64,000 nucleotides of DNA, taken from assembly GCF_006345805.1 (NCBI RefSeq), contig NC_043023.1, positions 17,236,001 through 17,300,000 on the forward strand, read 5' to 3'. Origin of the DNA: Octopus sinensis. Taxonomy: Eukaryota. The notes under the pieces were generated by a model. That model saw nothing but the letters and a program-made list of their open reading frames with translations, was not told where the DNA came from and did no database searches. Positions 1-11,805 of the stretch are shown here, piece after piece. Both the position numbers and the translations under genes were made by a program. The number at the start of each line of letters is the position of its first letter. Position 1 is the stretch's first letter.

Positions 1-30
1 ATATATTATTATATATACATAAACAGCGAA

Positions 31-295
31 GGCGCGTGGCTTAGTGGTTAGGGCATTCGGCTCACGATTGTAAGTTCGTGAGCTCGATTCCCGGCGACGC
101 GTTGTGTCCTTGAGCAAGACACTTTATTTCGCGTTGCTCCAGTCCACTCAGCTGGCAAAAATGAATTGTACCTGTATTTCAAAGGACCGACCTTGTCACA
201 CTTTCTGTCACGCTGAATCTCCCTGAGAACTACGTTAGGGGTACGCGTGTCTGTGGATTGCTCAGTCACTTGCACGTTAATTTCACGAGCAGGTG
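31..295 (+). mobile_element. tRNA-derived SINE
   Basis: Head GGCGCGTGGCTTAGTGGTTAGG...GAGCTCGATTCCCGG has Pol III A-box and B-box motifs, followed by GTGTCCTTGAGCAAGACACTT; flanked by (TA)n. Confidence 0.75.
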
Positions 296-305
296 CTCCT
301 AACAC

Positions 306-341
<36 letters not shown>

Positions 342-398
342 TATATATTATATATATATATATATTATACAACTATATATATATTAAATATATATATA

Positions 399-561
399 GG
401 CGCAGGAGTGGCTGTGTGGCAAGTAGCTTGTATACCAACCACATGGTTCCGGGTTCAGTCCCACTGCGTGGCACCTTGGGCAAGTGTCTTCTACTTTAGC
501 CCCAGGCCGATCAAAGCCTTGTGAGTGGATTTGGTAGAGGGAAACTGAAAAGAAGCCCGTC

Positions 562-615
<54 letters not shown>

Positions 616-830
616 GTGTGTGTGTGTTTGTGTGTCTGTGTTTGTCCCCCTAGCATTGCTTGACAACCGATGCTGGTGTGTTTTTATTCCCGTTACTTAG
701 CGGTTCGGCAAAAGAGACTGATAGAATAAGTACTGGGCTTACAAAAAATAGGTCCCGGAGTCGAATTGCTCGATTAAAGGCGGTGCTCCAACATGGCAGC
801 AGTCAACTGACTGAAACAAGTAAAAGAGTA
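399..830 (+). mobile_element. tRNA-derived SINE with internal microsatellite
   Basis: Head GGCGCAGGAGTGGCTGTGTGG...GGTTCAGTCCC, internal (TA)n(TG)n, tail GAAACAAGTAAAAGAG. Same family at 10540 and 57973. Confidence 0.8.
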
Positions 831-944
831 TATATTATATATACTATATATATATTATATATACACATATATATATATATGCATATATATATATATATAC
901 ATATATATATACATATATATATATATACATATATATACATGTAT

Positions 945-1001
<57 letters not shown>

Positions 1002-1017
1002 TACATACATATATATG

Positions 1018-1250
1018 TTTCGATTCCGGTTTCGATTCCCAGACCGGGCGTTGTGAGTGTTTATTGAGCGAAAACATCTAAAGCTCCACGATGCTCCAGC
1101 AGTGGGTGGTGGCGATCCCTACAGTACTTTTTCGCCGCAACTTTCCCTCACTCTTTCTTCTGTTGGCCTATTCGCTTAGCCGGCGGGGTGGCGTCGTTCG
1201 GAGGCTAAAACAATGCGAATCGCATTGTGACTGAAACGAGTAAAAAGTAA
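1018..1250 (+). mobile_element. 5'-truncated SINE
   Basis: GGTTTCGATTCCCAGACCGGGCGTTGTGAGTG... matches the complete SINE copies at 18369 and 59087. Confidence 0.7.
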
Positions 1251-1469
1251 GGCCTGCTTTGCTTCGTGCCACGAAACCACAATGACAGGGTTTCCATTTA
1301 GAGGAGCAGCATTTTGCCAACCATGCCTTCATGCATGCACGATGTTGGCCCCGATGTTGTAGTCGACATGCTCAAATCTTTGAGCTGAGGAGAAGCAGGA
1401 CTGACGCCAGGTCCTGTGTTCTGATGTTTTGTTTTCCTATATGTCTTTTCTTCTTTCTTCGCCCTTTTC

Positions 1470-1765
1470 AACCCTAGCCAGGCTCATGGGCCCGGTTTCC
1501 CGGTTTCTATGGCGTATGTGTTCCCCACCCCAGCTGGACGGGACGCCAGTCCATCGCAGCATTACTCAAGAAACAGGAAGAGAGAGTGAGAGAAAGTTGT
1601 GGCGAAAGAGTACAACAGGGGTCGCCACCACCCACTGCCGGAGCCTCGTGGAGCTTTTATGTGTTTTCGCTCAATAAACACACACAAAGTTCGGTCTGGG
1701 AATCGAAATCGCGATCCTCTGACCGCGTGTCCGCTACCCTAAAAGCAGGGCCAGTGCACCTCCGC
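1470..1765 (-). mobile_element. SINE (reverse orientation)
   Basis: 1590-1765 is the reverse complement of the head of the 18369/59087 SINE family. Confidence 0.65.
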
Positions 1766-3829
1766 AAACAAATGCGCCCTTTTAAAGCCTAGCTACGACG
1801 CTCACGAATTAAGAGAATACTAAGAATGAATAATTATAAATGCTGATTGATTTAACAGAAGTTACAAGTTCAAACAAGAAATATCCGGTGACTCTTTGAA
1901 ACGTCGAGACATAAACCAAATAAATAATTTTATTCAACTTTTGTCACAAGGCCAGCAATTTCAGTGGAGGTTTAAGTCGATTACATCGATACTAGTGCTC
2001 AAGTGGTGCTTATTTTATCGACCCCGATAAGATAAAAGATAAAGCTGACCGTGGTGTAATTTGAACTCAGAACGTGTAGGCAGATGTAATGCCGCTGACA
2101 ATTTTGCACGTGCGCGGCAACGATTCAGACAGCACGACGCTTTACAAAAGGGAAATATTGATAACCCCTAGCTTCTGTTTGTGAAAAGAAAACTAGAGGT
2201 TAATCAACAGATAATATTGATTGATTTGTTAGAAGTAAATATTTTTTTTATTTTCTCAAAAGGTAATGTAGTATGAATATTTTACGCGCTTAAATAACCG
2301 TAGTTTACATAAGTAAAAATAAGACAGACGTATACTTATATATTCATTTACACACACACACACACACACATACACACACATATATCTTGTACTCTTGTAC
2401 TCGTTTCAGTCGATGTCAAATCTAGCATTAACAGTGAATATAATCTTGGCCAAATCCGAACTCACAACGCTGGATTACACTAAATATTGAAAGAATTTTG
2501 TTTCCTAATTCAAAGGGGAATTCGTAGCATTCATTCCTTTCTAGGGGAACATCATCAACTTTTACTTTAAATCGAAATACAATCCAAAGCATGGCTTTAT
2601 TTCAATAAGATTTCGATTCTCTTCCTGTACTCATTGACCAGTTTTTTTCAAGGGCATTAAGTGTAATTTATCTAGTGCATAATGAAAAATTTAAAGCCAT
2701 CGATATATTGCCAAGTTAAAATAAAATAGTTTCGCTCACCATGCATACAAACGCAGTCGACTTGTTTCAAGTGGTTTAGTTGCTAAGATCGATGGATAGA
2801 AACAGTTGCTGTTGATAACCTAACAAAGCTACGGGAAAAAACTGATAATTTATTTACCTTCTAAAGAGCAAAGCATTCTGGAGAGAAAGACAAACGAATA
2901 TAAGACCTGGAATTGAAGAACTTATTTAACGTAAAGTGAAATTACCTGGCGACGACTTCTGGAGTAAGAGGAAAAGAAAGTTCAAGTTGGCCGTCAATTT
3001 TTACAAGGGTGGAAGAACTCGGGAGAGATTGTTTTAAAGACATCGTCTTTTAGAAGCCAATGCAAAAAGAAATCAACTGTGAAATATCCTGAATTTATTC
3101 TTAAATTATCAGAACGAAGAGAATAGGAATAAATAAAAGAAAGCTTGTTTATCGAGACTAGGAAAAGGGAACGTTAAAAGGCAGAAGCTTATTGTTTGCA
3201 GTGAGACACGTCTTGTTGGTCGATTTTGCAACTAAAATTAAAGTTTACTTAACGAACTCTGTAAAAGTCATGAATCTTAAAGGTAAGTAAATTAATAATA
3301 TTAAGAATGAAAAGAGAGATATTAACTGAAATTGTTTTTATAATTCTATAATATAAAATACTGTATCTGACTTGTGTTTTTATTACACTCGGTTTACCAT
3401 TTTCATTTTCCACTTCCGTTGAGAATGGAAAGGACGGAGATGGATTTGTAGAAATCATGGTTTGACTCATCAACCATCCTTTCTACTCTGTCTTGAAACT
3501 TTACGTTCTGATTTCGAATGTTGCTGTGATTTATGATTTATTTTAGATTTAAAATAAAGAAATAGATGTGAAATGAGGGTAATAAGTCTTAGGATAGTGA
3601 TTAGTGAGCTGTTGTGTGTGTATGCGTGTGTGTTCATGTGTGTGTGTATTTATGCGTATATATATCTATATATATAGGGGTAGGTGGGTCTGTGTGTTAC
3701 TTCCTAATTATATGGATCCGAGTTCGGCCCCACAGCGTGTCACCTTGCGAAAGGGCCTCTTCTGCAGCCTCGGGTTTGTCAAAGCCTCAAAACCTGTGAA
3801 TCGATTTGGAACTAGAAGGACCCGTCGTA

Positions 3830-3883
<54 letters not shown>

Positions 3884-3998
3884 GCTATCTATCTAGCTAT
3901 ATATCTATCTATCCATCTATCTATCTATCAATCTGTATGTATGTATATATATAATATATACGTATATACAAATACATATCTATATATACATACATACA

Positions 3999-4050
<52 letters not shown>

Positions 4051-4838
4051 CATATATATAAATATTAATATATATGTATACCTATGTATATATATATATC
4101 TCTTATTATAAAAGGAAGATCTTATCTGCCTCCCTTTGGGAGTTATACAAATCTACAATATAGGATTTCTTCAATTACAATTTACCTAGTAGTTTTAAGA
4201 GTACAATGCATCGCGTCATGCCAGGTCCAGTTTTTAAAATTTAAACTCCAATTAAGCAAAATTTACAGAAAACTCACATTCTGGTGTGTGTGTCAAATGC
4301 TTTTCTTAGTCTGGTTTACACCACACGCAAACGCACACACACAGTGGGCAACGAATAAAACGAAAGTAATTCACTTACTGTAGTGAGTGATTCTTTCACT
4401 CTGCCTCCCACTTCCTGTTTCCACACATACAGACGCAAATATATAAATAAAATTGTAAGCTAACGTGCGTGTGTGTGAGTGTGTGTGTGTGCGCGCGTGT
4501 GTGTGTGTGAGGGTGAACATAAGACCAAAGCAGAAAATGTATTCTTTTATTCTTCTGCTTTTTCCAGCCATTGGTCTGTGGCCATGCTGGGGCATTGCCT
4601 TCAAGAATTGTAGTTTAATGAATCAACTCCAGTTTTATTTTTGTAAGCATTGTACTTATTCTATCTGTTTCCTTTGTCAAACCTCTAGGTGACAGGGGTG
4701 TAAACAAACCAACATTCGTTGTCAAGCAGTGGTGGAGGACAATCACAAGCACAGACACGCACACACACACACATACATGCATACACATATACACACATAC
4801 ATACATACATACATATATATATATGTGTGTATATATAT

Positions 4839-5161
4839 ATTGCAGCGTGGAAGGTGTTTGTAAGCCATTTAAGAAACACACAAAAACCGTTACATTCACT
4901 TCAACATTTAAATTTAATTTGCCAAAATATTTTCGTCGCTTTGAGACCGCGACCTGTTCACTGACAAAAATATCGTGCTAACAGGTCGCGGTCTCAAAGC
5001 GACGAAAATATTTTGACAAATTAAATTTAAATGTTCAAGTGAATCTAACGGTTTTTGTGTGTTTCTTAAATGGCTTATAAACACCTTCAACGCTGCAACT
5101 GTTTTCGTTCCAGCACACGATCTCAGATCAAGTCACTTGCTATGCAAATACATCTCTGTAA
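4839..5161. mobile_element. Penelope-type foldback mini-element nested in Helitron
   Basis: Long inverted repeat (about 4840-4957 vs 4980-5098) inserted in (TA)n, containing a hammerhead motif. Same family at 7474-7796 and 37968-38308. Confidence 0.65.
4918..4968 (-). ncRNA. minimal type I hammerhead ribozyme motif (G3-C8 variant)
   Basis: Minus strand reads TTTGTCA GTGAACA G GTCGC-loop-GCGAC GAAA ATAT TT TGGCAAA: stem I, core, stem II and palindromic stem III all present. Confidence 0.6.
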
Positions 5162-5740
5162 CTATATATATATTTATATATATATATATGTATATGGTAA
5201 AAACAGTAAGATAACAAAAGAAAGAAAGAGACCTCAATATTATGTAAATAGAGGAAATCTTTATATATAAAAGTGAGGTTGTGTGTCTGTCTCCTACGAT
5301 TTAGATTCCTAACTACTCCCACATTTTGCGGTGCAGTTTAACCAAAAGCGGGTATCTTATAGTCGTGATTCATATCGAGACCGTCTGGGTATTAGCGCGC
5401 GTCTACGATGAGTCTACGATTTAAAAAAAAATTTACCATCAATTTTTCCCATTTTTAATCCATTTTTGACATATATAAGGGAAGTAACTCTCTAAAATTT
5501 ATTATTAAATCTCAGAACGTAAAAAGCTACAGTAACACCCTTCCCCCTTTGTGGTTAGCATATTGAGATGGCTATTATACTTTACATCTCTAAAAATGCT
5601 TATATAATTATTTCCCTTACAAACCCGAGCAACGCCGGGCGATACTGCTAGTATATATATATATGTATACACATATGCATATATATATATAATATATATA
5701 TATATGTATATATATATATGTATACACATATGCATATATA

Positions 5741-5782
<42 letters not shown>

Positions 5783-6289
5783 TATTATAAAAGGCAGATT
5801 TTATCTGCCTCCCTTTGGGAGTTATAGAAATCTACAATATAGGATTTCTTGAATTACAATTTACCTTGCATTTTTAAGAGTACAATGCATCGCGTCATGC
5901 CAGGTCCAGTTTTTAAATTTTAAACTCCAATTAAGCAAAATTTACAGAAAACTCACATTCTGGTGTGTGTGTCAAATGCTTTTCTTAGTCTGGTTTACAC
6001 CACACGCAAACGCACACACACGGTGGGCAACGAATAAAATGAAAGTAATTCACTTACTGTAGTGAGTGATTCTTTCACTCTGCCTCCCACTTCCACTTTC
6101 CACACATAGACACGCAAATATATAAATAAAAGTGTAAGCTAACGTGCGTGTGTGTGAGTGGGTGTGTGTGGGTGTGCGCGTGTGTGTATGTGAGGGTGCG
6201 TGTGTGTGTGTGTGTGTGTGCGTGTGCGTGAGTGTGTGACAGGAAAGTTTTTTACGACGAATATAACACCTATATCCAAGTAGCAGAAA

Positions 6290-7115
6290 GATAAGACAGT
6301 AAGGTGTGATTTGAGGGAGATTTGGCTGCTATTTCTACCAGGTATAGCTGCCATGTAGGGGTCTCCCTCATAGGCTCATACATACATATATACAAAGATA
6401 AGACAGTAAGGTGTGATTGGGGGGGAAATTTGGCTGCTATTTCTACCAGGTCTAGCTACCATGTAGAGGTCCCCCTCATTGGCTCATATATATATACATA
6501 CTTATGTATGTATATATATATGAGCCAATGAGGGGGACCTGGAAATTTGGCTGCTATTTCTACCAGGTATAGCTGCCATGTAGGGGTCTCCCTCATAGGC
6601 TCATACATACATATATACATAGATAAGACAGTAAGGTGTGATTTGGGGGAAATTTGGCTGCTATTTCTACCAGGTCTAGCTGCCATGTAGGGGTCTCCCT
6701 CATCGGCTCATACATACATATATACATAGATAAGACAGTAAGGTGTGATTTGGGGGAAATTTGGCTGCTATTTCTACCAGGTCTAGCTACCATGTAGAGG
6801 TCCCCCTCATTGGCTCATATATATATACATACTTATGTATGTATATATATATGAGCCAATGAGGGGGACCTGGAAATTTGGCTGCTATTTCTACCAGGTA
6901 TAGCTGCCATGTAGGGGTCTCCCTCATAGGCTCATACATACATATATACATAGATAAGACAGTAAGGTGTGATTTTGGGGAAATTTGGCTGCTATTTCTA
7001 CCAGGTCTAGCTGCCATGTAAGGGTCTCCCTCATAGGCTCATACATACATATATACATAGATAAGACAGTAAGGTGTGATTTGAGGGAGATTTGGCTGCT
7101 GTTTCTACCAGGTCT
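6290..7115. repeat. tandem repeat (~106-110 bp monomers, ~331 bp higher-order unit) with perfect hairpins
   Basis: Repeated GATAAGACAGTAAGGTGTGATTTG...TTTGGCTGCTATTTCTACCAGG; palindromes with 35-bp arms at 6467-6540 and 6798-6871. Confidence 0.85.
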
Positions 7116-7552
7116 GTTAGGCCTTCTCATGTAAGCTTTCTCATGCCTTGAACATAAGACCAAAGCAGAGAATGTATTCTTTTATTCTTCTGCTTTTTCC
7201 AGCCATTGGTCTGTGGCCATGCTGGGGCAATGCCTTCAAGAATTGTAGTTTAATGAATCAACTCGTTTTATTTTTGTAAGCATTGTACTTATTCTATCTG
7301 TTTCCTTTGTCAAACCACTAGGTGACTGGGATGTAAACAAACCAACATTCGTTGTCAAGCAGTGGTGGAGGACAATCACAAGCACAGACACGCACACACA
7401 CACACACATACGTGCATACACATATACACACATACATACATACATACATATATATATATGTGTGTATATATATATTGCAGCGTGGAAGGTGTTTGTAAGC
7501 CATTTAAGAAACACACAAAAACCGTTACATTCACTTCAACATTTAAATTTAA

Positions 7553-7603
7553 TTTGCCAAAATATTTTCGTCGCTTTGAGACCGCGACCTGTTCACTGAC
7601 AAA
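7553..7603 (-). ncRNA. minimal hammerhead ribozyme motif (G3-C8 variant)
   Basis: Duplicate of 4918-4968 inside Helitron unit 2. Confidence 0.6.
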
Positions 7604-7809
7604 AATATCGTGCTAACAGGTCGCGGTCTCAAAGCGATGAAAATATTTTGACAAATTAAATTTAAATGTTGAAGTGAATCTAACGGTTTTTGTGTGTTTC
7701 TTAAATGGCATATAAACACCTTCAACGCTGCAACTGTTTTCGTTCCAGCACACGATCTCAGATCAAGTCACTTGCTATGCAAGTACATCTCTGTAACTAT
7801 ATATATATT

Positions 7810-7840
<31 letters not shown>

Positions 7841-8599
7841 TGGTAAAAACAGTAAGATAACAAAAGAAAGAAAGAGACCTCAATATTATGTAAATAGAGG
7901 AAATCTTTATATATAAAAGTGAGGTTGTGTGTCTGTCTCCTACGATTTAGATTCCTAACTACTCCACATTTTGCGGTGCAGTTTAACCAAAAGCGGGTAT
8001 CTTATAGTCGGGATTCATATCGAGACCGTCTGGGTATTAGCGCGCGTCTATGATGAGTCTACGATTTAAAAAAAATTTACCATCAATTTTTCCCATTTTT
8101 AATCCATTTTTGACATATATAAGGGAAGTAACTCTCTAAAATTTATTATTAAATCTCAGAACGTAAAAAGCTACAGTAACACCCCTCCCCCTTTGTGGTT
8201 AGCCATATTGAGATGGCTATTATACTTTACATCTCTAAAAATGCTTATATAATTATTTCCCTTACAAACCCGAGCAACGCCGGGCGATACTGCTAGTATA
8301 TATATATATGCATATATATACCTATATGTATATATATACATATGTATACTTATATGTATGTATAGTTAAAGATATATGTATGTATGTATGTATGTATATG
8401 TATATATATATGTATATGCATGTATATGTATATGTATATATATATGTATGTATGTATATGTAAATATGAATATGTATATATACAAGTATATATATATCTA
8501 TACATATATATATATATATACATGTATATATATATGTATATATATATATATATATGTATATATATGTGTGTGTATGCATATATAAATTCTTTTTTATTT

Positions 8600-8774
8600 T
8601 TATTATTATTATTATTATTATCATTATTATTATTATAGAACTAATAATAATAATAGTAATAATAATAAAAATAAAAATAATAATAATAATAATAATAATA
8701 TTAATAATAATAATATTAATAAGAGTAATAATAATAATATTAATAAGAGTAATATAATAATATTAATAATAATA

Positions 8775-8815
<41 letters not shown>

Positions 8816-8866
8816 CATAATAATAATAATAATATTAATAATATTATTAATAATAATAATAATAAC

Positions 8867-8900
<34 letters not shown>

Positions 8901-8932
8901 TAATATTAATAATAATAATAATATTAAAAATG

Positions 8933-8990
<58 letters not shown>
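8600..8990. repeat. (TAA)n/(TTA)n microsatellite
   Basis: Direct reading. Confidence 0.95.
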
Positions 8991-9662
8991 GTAACTGCAG
9001 AATATGTGGAGATGGACAAGAAACAATAAATCATATTATCTCTAGCTGCCCAGTCCTGGCTAAGAAGGAATATATTCACAGACATGACAGAGTTGGAACC
9101 TACATCCATTGGAAGCTATGCCAACATTATGGAATAACAACAGAAAAAAGATGGTATAGGCACACACCAGAAAAGGTCACAGAAAACGAGAAAGCAACCA
9201 TACTCTGGGATATGCCGATACACACAGATAGAGAAATTAAGGCCAACAGACCAGATATAGTTGTCAGAGATAATGAAGAAAAAAATGCTTTCTAATTGAT
9301 GTATCAATACCGGCAGATGACAACGTGTCTCTAAAAGAAATGGAGAAACTCTCAAAATACAAAGACCTGGAAATAGAGGTAACTAGAATGTGGAATCTGA
9401 AAACAGAAACAATTCCTATCATAGTAGGTGCATTAGGCATGATAAAAAAATATTCAGACAAATACATAACAAAAACACCAGGACTTACAAACACATATAA
9501 CATACAGAAAATTTCACTACTAGGCACTGCACACATCCTACGCAGAACACTTTCCATACAATAACCATCAGAGCATCACAACAAATCACAGCACATACCC
9601 AAGGCACACAGAGCTGCGCTCGGTAGTGAAGTGAAAGCACGCTATAAAAATAAAACTACTGA
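8990..9662 (+). mobile_element. 5'-truncated R4/Dong-like non-LTR retrotransposon (restriction-like endonuclease end)
   Basis: CRICG...HIISSC zinc knuckle, RHD, ILWD, NRPDIVV, LIDVSIP and KEMEKLSKY motifs, with one frameshift near 9285; inserted in a (TAA)n array. Confidence 0.8.
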
Positions 9663-10539
9663 ATAAGAATAAGAATAATAATAGTAGTATGTTAATCGGC
9701 ACCTAACTGTATTGAAAATTAGCCATCTCCTTGGTTTCGTAGACTTCATTCACCGTACTTTACTTTACTCCCTGAGCAGTTGACTAAAATATTAAATATT
9801 ATAACCAAATATTTATCGTAAAATACTTCTCCCTTTCAGAAAAACACGTTTGGATAATGTTGTTCTTATTGCACGCTCTCAGTAGTTTCTTACCTATAAA
9901 AGGTTACTAAATCAAACCTGTGGTTAAACAACAACAACAACAACAACAACGCTAGCATGCCCAGATTCCAAGCTGTTGTTGAATATTAAAATTAATAACA
10001 CTGGGCAAATTTTTTCTTGTCTGGGGCCTGGAATATTTCAATGAATTCCAAGTGATTTTGCCGTCTAAATTCAAAACTTACTCCAGTTTTTTCTTTATCA
10101 GGTCTGGTTTTCTGACTAGACCTGATAGAGTAAGTATTTTATTTATACAAGAGGCATATAATATGAATCAATAAAGAGAGATTATTACTAAAATTGTTTT
10201 TATAATTCTATTATATAAAATACTATAGCTGACTTGTGATTTCGTTACATTCGGTTTACAGTTATTATTTCTCATTTCCACAGAGAATGGAAAGGACATG
10301 GATGGATTTGTAGAAATCATGAATCGACTGATAAAATATCTTTAGTATTCAGTCATGAAACTTTACATTTTGACTTCGAATCCCGCTGGGATTTAGGATT
10401 TAATTTGGATAGATTTCAAATAAATGAATATGAAATATAAATAGGGTAATGATTCCTAGGGTAATAATTACGGTGCTGTTGAATAACAAATATAACTTTA
10501 GGTATTTCATTTAATAATAATAATTATTAAACAATTATA

Positions 10540-10999
10540 GGCGTAGTAGTGGCTGTGTGGTAAGTAGCTTGCTTACCAGCCTCACAGTTCCGGGTTCAAT
10601 CCCACTGCGTGACACCCTGGGCCAGTGTCTTCTGCTATACCTCGGGCTGACTAAAGCCTTGTGAGAGGATTTGGTAGAGGGTAACTCAAAGAATCCCTTC
10701 GTATATATGTATATATATATGTTTGTGTGTGTGTGTGTGTGTGTATGCATGTGTGTGTGTGTGTGCGTGTGTCTGTGTGTGCGTGTGTCTGTGTTTGTCC
10801 TCCCAACATCGCTTTACAACCGATGCTGGTGTGTTTATGTCACCGTAACATAGCGGTTCGGCAAAAGAGACCCATGGAATAAGTACTAGGCTTACAAAGC
10901 ATTAGTCCTGGGGTCGATTTGCTTGGCTAAAGGCGGTGCTCCAGCATGGCCGCAGTCAAATGACTGAAACAAGTAAAAGAGTAAAAGAGTAAAAGAGTA
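10540..10999 (+). mobile_element. tRNA-derived SINE
   Basis: Same family as 399-830, with (GTAAAAGA)n tail; paralogous to 57973-58547. Confidence 0.8.
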
Positions 11000-11445
11000 A
11001 ATGAAAGACTTTTCTGATTTCTCTCAGAAAGGTCTCAAGCGACTTAGTCTGTTCATTTCACCTTAAATCTCCAAACGGATGTTTCTCTTGCTTTCACTTT
11101 CACTTTCTCTGTTTTTACAATTTCTTCTAAACTTATGAACGACCTTTTCATTCCTTTAATGATTTAAATCCACATCCCTGTCTACAATTCTTTCCTCATT
11201 CATTGACTCATTTCTTTTCGTATTTTTCAATGTATTCAAGAAGGTTATTCTTGAACGCTTTAAAACATATGACATATGAGGTGGTGGTTAAAGTTGACAA
11301 AAATAACAGCTAATCAGGCCTTAAATCGTGCACCAAAATATATTTTCTTTCGTTTTTGGTTAATCGGATGAATTTCCGTGTATAGAATATAAATACGCCA
11401 AAATTATTTTAAAATTCCCCAAAATGAAAAAAACGTTATGAGGGG

Positions 11446-11536
<91 letters not shown>

Positions 11537-11545
11537 TGCGTGTGA

Positions 11546-11639
<94 letters not shown>

Positions 11640-11706
11640 GTGTGTAGATAGATAGGTAGATAGAGATAGAGATAGAGATATATATATAAGAACACGCACA
11701 CATACA

Positions 11707-11804
<98 letters not shown>

Positions 11805-11805
<1 letters not shown>

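Larger units (their letters stand above)
4099..5651 (+). mobile_element. composite non-autonomous Helitron (unit 1)
   Basis: Starts A|TCTCTTATTATAAAAGG; ends with hairpin CCCGAGCAACGCCGGG then CTAG|T. A second internal Helitron 5' end (TCTTTATATATAAAAG) is at 5258. Confidence 0.8.
5778..8296 (+). mobile_element. composite non-autonomous Helitron (unit 2, head-to-tail)
   Basis: Same termini as 4099-5651 (TC... hairpin-CTAG) and near-identical body; extra tandem-repeat block at about 6240-7150; internal 5' end at 7904. Confidence 0.8.

Noticed and set aside
31-100. tRNA-like sequences (also at 399, 10540, 18369, 57973, 59087)
   Set aside because: These are SINE heads with Pol III boxes followed by SINE bodies; I see no complete cloverleaf.
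3249-3473. Repeated minus-strand ORF MISTNPS... (also ~10200-10330, 57043, 57500)
   Set aside because: Part of a diverged local tandem duplication with stops and frameshifts between copies and a decayed SINE tail upstream; no consistent exon.
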